Positions 53,484-56,968 of a stretch of 56,968 nt of DNA are shown piece after piece. The DNA lies in the NCBI GenBank assembly GCA_019419485.1, contig DXZV01000001.1, forward strand, positions 2,103 to 59,070, read 5' to 3'. A model generated the notes under the pieces. The model was not told the DNA's origin. It saw nothing but the letters and a program-made list of their open reading frames with translations, and searched no databases. Source of the stretch: Collinsella sp. (GTDB taxonomy: Bacteria; Actinomycetota; Coriobacteriia; Coriobacteriales; Coriobacteriaceae). A program made the position numbers and the translations under genes. Positions within the stretch are counted from its first letter, which is position 1; every line of letters starts with the position of its first letter.

Positions 53484-53574
53484 GGAGAGTTGTCCGAGTG
53501 GCCGAAGGAGCACGATTGGAAATCGTGTAGGCGTCAAAAGCGTCTCCAGGGTTCAAATCCCTGACTCTCCGCCA
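53484..53574 (+). tRNA. tRNA-Ser(GGA)
   Basis: ggagagt/actctcc acceptor stem, cacga-ttGGAaa-tcgtg anticodon arm, long variable arm, gttcaaatc T loop, 3' GCCA. Confidence 0.97.
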
Positions 53575-53622
53575 GTTAATTCCAAAGCAGGCCTTCGAGC
53601 CTGCTTTGTTTTTACCCCACGC

Positions 53623-53713
53623 GGAGGGGTGGCAGAGTGGTTGAATGCGGCGGTCTCGAAAACCGTTTGGCCTGTATAAGGTCACGAGGGTTCGAATCCC
53701 TCCTCCTCCGCCA
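53623..53713 (+). tRNA. tRNA-Ser(CGA)
   Basis: ggagggg/tcctcc acceptor stem, gcggt-ctCGAaa-accgt anticodon arm, long variable arm, gttcgaatc T loop, 3' GCCA. Confidence 0.97.
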
Positions 53714-53724
53714 TTTTGGTTGAG

Positions 53725-53752
53725 AAAGCTCCCGAAAACGGGGGCTTTTTTG
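53725..53752 (+). terminator. Intrinsic terminator after the tRNAs
   Basis: aaagctcccg-aaaa-cgggggctttttt. Confidence 0.75.
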
Positions 53753-53777
53753 TTTAGAGTCCCTTACAAGCAAATAC

Positions 53778-53926
53778 GGCGGAGGAGGAGGGATTCGAAC
53801 CCGTCAGGACGCGGAGCGTAAAGAAAACGCGCCAGTGGCGCGTTTTTAGCGCAGCGCGGTCGGCGCAAGCCGACCGAATAAATTTTGAGCTCCGCTCAAA
53901 ATTTGGACATCCCTCCTATTCAGCCA
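53778..53926. repeat. tRNA-derived palindromic element
   Basis: 53778-53802 is the exact reverse complement of tRNA-Ser(CGA) 53688-53712; 53909-53926 matches the tRNA 3' end at 15/18; internal hairpins. Confidence 0.85.
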
Positions 53927-53960
53927 CGTCCCCCATTGCTTTCGATTTCACCTTGAATCT

Positions 53961-54027
53961 CAAACATGTACATCACCCTCCAAAAACGACATTTTTCGAC
54001 ATCTTTGGAGGCTGATGTACATGTTTG
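53961..54027. repeat. 24-bp inverted repeat with 19-nt spacer
   Basis: caaacatgtacatcaccctccaaa versus tttggaggctgatgtacatgtttg (23/24). Confidence 0.85.
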
Positions 54028-54141
54028 GAACCTATGACCGCACCCAGTCCCTACCGTTTGCCGAGCAATGGGGTCGCAATCGCCGCCAACCATGTACTAT
54101 GTACGGGCATTGTCTAAACTCGCAACTCAAAGGACCCCATC

Positions 54142-54831
54142 TTGCCCGTCGTCGCCGCTATGACCGTTACCTCACACGCCTCGGATGCCATGGTCGCTAT
54201 CCCATTTTGGCTTGAGATGTTCGCCGTTGTCGCGGCATCGATCTCAGGCGTTCTGGTTGCGCGCGAGCACAAGCTTGACCTGGTGGGCGCCGTCGCGCTC
54301 GCCGTGGTTTGCGGCTTGGGCGGCGGTCTTTTGCGCGACATGACACTCCAGGTCGGCAACGTCTACATCCTCAACCAGCCAATGGCGCTGCCGCTCTCCA
54401 TCGCCACGGCGGCCATCATTTACATCTTCCCGGCAATCGTCGATAAGCCCGACAAACTCATCCCCCTGCTCGACATCATCTCGGTCGGCATCTATGCGGC
54501 AACCGGCGCAGACAAGGCACTGGTCTACGGATTTGCACCCGTCGTTTGCATCATGATGGGCTTTTTCACCGCGGTGGGCGGCGGCATGCTGCGCGACGGC
54601 TTTATGGGCGTGGTTCCGGGCATTTTCCAACGCACCAACTTTTATGCCATCGCGGCCATCGCCGGATCGGCAAGCTATGTAAGCCTCGTCATGAGTGGCT
54701 TGGTCAGCAATGTCGCCGCGCTGGTCGTATGCGTTATCGTGACCATGGGTCTGCGCTGGCTCTCGCTGCGCTTTGACATCAAAAGCCCCACCGAAGAAGA
54801 CATCGCGCACTTTTTACATCGCAAAAAGTAG
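54142..54831 (+). CDS. Trimeric intracellular cation channel (UPF0126-type) membrane protein
   Basis: Two repeats: GLGGGLLRD and AVGGGMLRD; TTG start after aaagga (alternative ATG at 54160 or 54190). Confidence 0.88.
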   Translation: MPVVAAMTVTSHASDAMVAIPFWLEMFAVVAASISGVLVAREHKLDLVGAVALAVVCGLGGGLLRDMTLQVGNVYILNQPMALPLSIATAAIIYIFPAIVDKPDKLIPLLDIISVGIYAATGADKALVYGFAPVVCIMMGFFTAVGGGMLRDGFMGVVPGIFQRTNFYAIAAIAGSASYVSLVMSGLVSNVAALVVCVIVTMGLRWLSLRFDIKSPTEEDIAHFLHRKK

Positions 54832-54937
54832 ATAGCAAGGCACGACCTTTCGAAATGCAACCGAGAGGTTCTTTTAGAGCGCTCGCACGTTGGGTACCCT
54901 GTTAGATATATGCCGAGTATCTAACGAAGGATTCACT

Positions 54938-56083
54938 ATGCCTTGCAACCTAGAACCGTCGAACAAGCGCCGCAAAGCGCAGGCCCGCATCGCCCTCCTA
55001 TTCGTACTGATTGCGCTTGCGCTGACCGTACTTCCCACGGCGTCGTTCGCCGGCACAGACACCGCGGGCAACGTACTCGCAACCGAAGCTGACTCAAATC
55101 CGTCTGGCGTCGCGGGCGACCTGTACTGGGCTGGCCAAAGCCTTAACCTGGACGATGCCTCCATCGGCCGCGATATTATCGCGGCAGGCGACAGCCTATC
55201 GATTCGCGACTGCACCGTAGGCGGCGCCATTCGCCTGGCGGCGCGCACCATCGATATCTCCAAAACCGCAATCGATGGCAGCGTGACGGTAGCCGGTCAG
55301 CACGTCGTGCTCAACACCGGTAGCACCGCCAACTGTTTTTACGCGATGGGCGATACTGTTGCCCTGCGAGGCTCCACCAAGTCGGCAGCACTTGCAGGCG
55401 ATACGGTGACCATCGACGGCACCGTCGAGGGCGATGTCGAGGTTTGGGCCGATAAGCTCGTCTTGGGCAAAAACGCCCGCATCACCGGCACCGTGAGCGC
55501 GCATGTTTCCGAGGACCCCGAGCGGGCCGAGGGCGCTCAGGTCGGAGCCCTCAAGATCGACCGTACCGAGAACGAGAACACCTCAACGATTAACGACACC
55601 ATCGGCGGCATCGTCGCCGCGGCGCTTTCCACTTGCTTTGTCGCGATCCTCCTCGAGCTCGTCTTTCCGCGCGCGACCGCCAGCGCCGCCGGCATGCTTC
55701 GTCAACGACCTACCCCTCTGTGGGTGAGCGGTCTTTTGGGCACGGTGGCCGCCGTTCCCGCCGTCCTGTTACTCATCATCTCGATTGCAGGTCTATCACT
55801 CGCCGGAGCCCTCATGTGCGCCGTGATCGGTATCGCTCTGGTCTCGGCGGCGTTTACGGGCACCGCGATCGCACGCATGATCGGACACAGCCAGAACCGC
55901 TACGCCATGGCCGCCGTGGGCGGTATCGCCGCGGGCGCACTCACGGCACTTCCCCTTATGGGCAGCTTTGTCAGCGGCGTAGCCTTCGTCTTTACGCTCG
56001 GCTACGTCATCCAGATCATCTGGCGCAACGCCCGCCTCAAGCCGCAGCAGGCCGCCAATACTCCGGGCCTTCCTTCCGCCTAG
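54938..56083 (+). CDS. Exported beta-solenoid (bactofilin-like repeats) fused to a C-terminal multi-TM domain
   Basis: Signal peptide; repeated GD-x3-AG-x2-V-x-I units; about five TM helices. Confidence 0.7.
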   Translation: MPCNLEPSNKRRKAQARIALLFVLIALALTVLPTASFAGTDTAGNVLATEADSNPSGVAGDLYWAGQSLNLDDASIGRDIIAAGDSLSIRDCTVGGAIRLAARTIDISKTAIDGSVTVAGQHVVLNTGSTANCFYAMGDTVALRGSTKSAALAGDTVTIDGTVEGDVEVWADKLVLGKNARITGTVSAHVSEDPERAEGAQVGALKIDRTENENTSTINDTIGGIVAAALSTCFVAILLELVFPRATASAAGMLRQRPTPLWVSGLLGTVAAVPAVLLLIISIAGLSLAGALMCAVIGIALVSAAFTGTAIARMIGHSQNRYAMAAVGGIAAGALTALPLMGSFVSGVAFVFTLGYVIQIIWRNARLKPQQAANTPGLPSA

Positions 56084-56089
56084 CCGTCA

Positions 56090-56124
56090 ACCACCACAAA
56101 GGGGACAGACACCTTTGCGGTGGT
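56090..56124. repeat. GGGGACAG REP-like hairpin (same family as 11761 and 12096)
   Basis: accaccacaaaggggacagacacctttgcggtggt. Confidence 0.8.
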
Positions 56125-56151
56125 GCAGACCAACTCAATCCCTGTGCACCA

Positions 56152-56186
56152 AAAAGGGCACCGACCGCGATGGTCGGCGCCCTTTC
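56152..56186. terminator. Bidirectional terminator between convergent genes
   Basis: aaaagggcaccgacc-gcgat-ggtcggcgcccttt. Confidence 0.75.
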
Positions 56187-56212
56187 TTGTTAGTCGCTAT
56201 AAAGCTCGGCGC

Positions 56213-56968
56213 TTATTTGTTGACCTGACCGGCGCGGACTGCGGCCTTCTTGCGGTCGGTAGCATTGAGCAGACGCTTGCGCAGGCGGATGTTCTTGGGA
56301 GTGATCTCCACCAGCTCGTCGTCGGCGATGTACTCCAGCGCCTCCTCCAGCGAGAAGGTGCGGGGCGGCACCAGCTGGACGGAGATATCGGAGGTCGAGG
56401 AACGCTGGTTGCCCAGGTTCTTGGTACGGGCGATGTTGACGACCATGTCGCCGGCCTTGCTGCGCTCGCCCACGATCATGCCCTCGTAGCATTCGGTACC
56501 CGGCTCAACAAACAGCTGGCCGCGCTCCTGCAGCGTGCCCAGAGCGTAGGCAACGGCTTTCTCGGTGGTCATGGAGATCATGGCGCCGTTCTGGCGGTTG
56601 CCGATCTCGCCGGCATAGGGGCCGTACTCCAGGAAGGTGTGGTAGAACACGCCCTCGCCGTGAGTGACGTTCATGATGCGGTTCTTAAGACCCATGATGC
56701 CGCGGGTCGGGATCTTAAACTCGAGGTGCGTCACGATACCCGAGGTATCCATGCTCGTCATGATGCCGCCGGAGGTGCCGAAGACCTCAACGACCTTGCC
56801 CGAATACTCGTCCGGGCACTCGATGACGGCCTGCTCGACGGGCTCCATCTTATTGCCGTTCTCGTCCTTCTTAAACAGAACGCGGGGACGGCCGACCTGG
56901 AACTCAAAGCCCTCGCGACGCATGGACTCCATCAGGACGGACAGGTGCAGAATGCCGCGGCCCGAGAC
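56213..56968 (-). CDS. typA: Translational GTPase TypA/BipA, 3' part (5' end outside the window)
   Basis: SGRGILHL, MRREGFEF, IPTRGIMG, YEGMIVGE, SLEEALEYIADDELVEITPKNIRLRK. Confidence 0.96.
   Translation of the reverse strand, partial: VSGRGILHLSVLMESMRREGFEFQVGRPRVLFKKDENGNKMEPVEQAVIECPDEYSGKVVEVFGTSGGIMTSMDTSGIVTHLEFKIPTRGIMGLKNRIMNVTHGEGVFYHTFLEYGPYAGEIGNRQNGAMISMTTEKAVAYALGTLQERGQLFVEPGTECYEGMIVGERSKAGDMVVNIARTKNLGNQRSSTSDISVQLVPPRTFSLEEALEYIADDELVEITPKNIRLRKRLLNATDRKKAAVRAGQVNK

Noticed and set aside
53688..53926. Prophage or genomic island attL/attR at tRNA-Ser
   Set aside because: The perfect copy is inverted, the direct copy is only ~200 bp away and degenerate, and there is no integrase.

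Overview
High-GC chromosomal segment whose gene content and order suggest a Coriobacteriia (Collinsella-like) gut actinobacterium; this is an inference, not a database result. Most of it is housekeeping: ECF transporter, glmU-prs-pth, NfnAB-type oxidoreductase, polar amino-acid ABC transporter, purN/M/F/E/D/A, carAB, dnaB-rplI-rpsR-ssb-rpsF, two tRNA-Ser genes and partial typA. One accessory sugar locus holds a 2137-aa cell-wall-anchored GH31 enzyme, MarR, a mannose-family PTS and GntR. No transposase, integrase, cas gene or CRISPR array is visible. The unusual content is non-coding and palindromic. (1) A Vsr/DUF559-like nuclease gene between prs and pth is bracketed by two 205/206-bp elements with the same 25-bp terminal inverted repeats but unrelated interiors. 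(2) An array of six alternately inverted 15-bp repeats has fixed 25-26-nt spacers and is framed by a REP-like pair. (3) A ~148-nt element occurs twice with extensive compensatory base changes. (4) Two ~170-bp palindromes share a centred GCAGGTA motif. (5) A ~190-bp palindrome is read in frame inside the ECF ATPase. (6) A tRNA-derived palindrome follows the tRNA-Ser pair. (7) There are many GGGAC-containing hairpins. All coordinates and match counts were read by eye.
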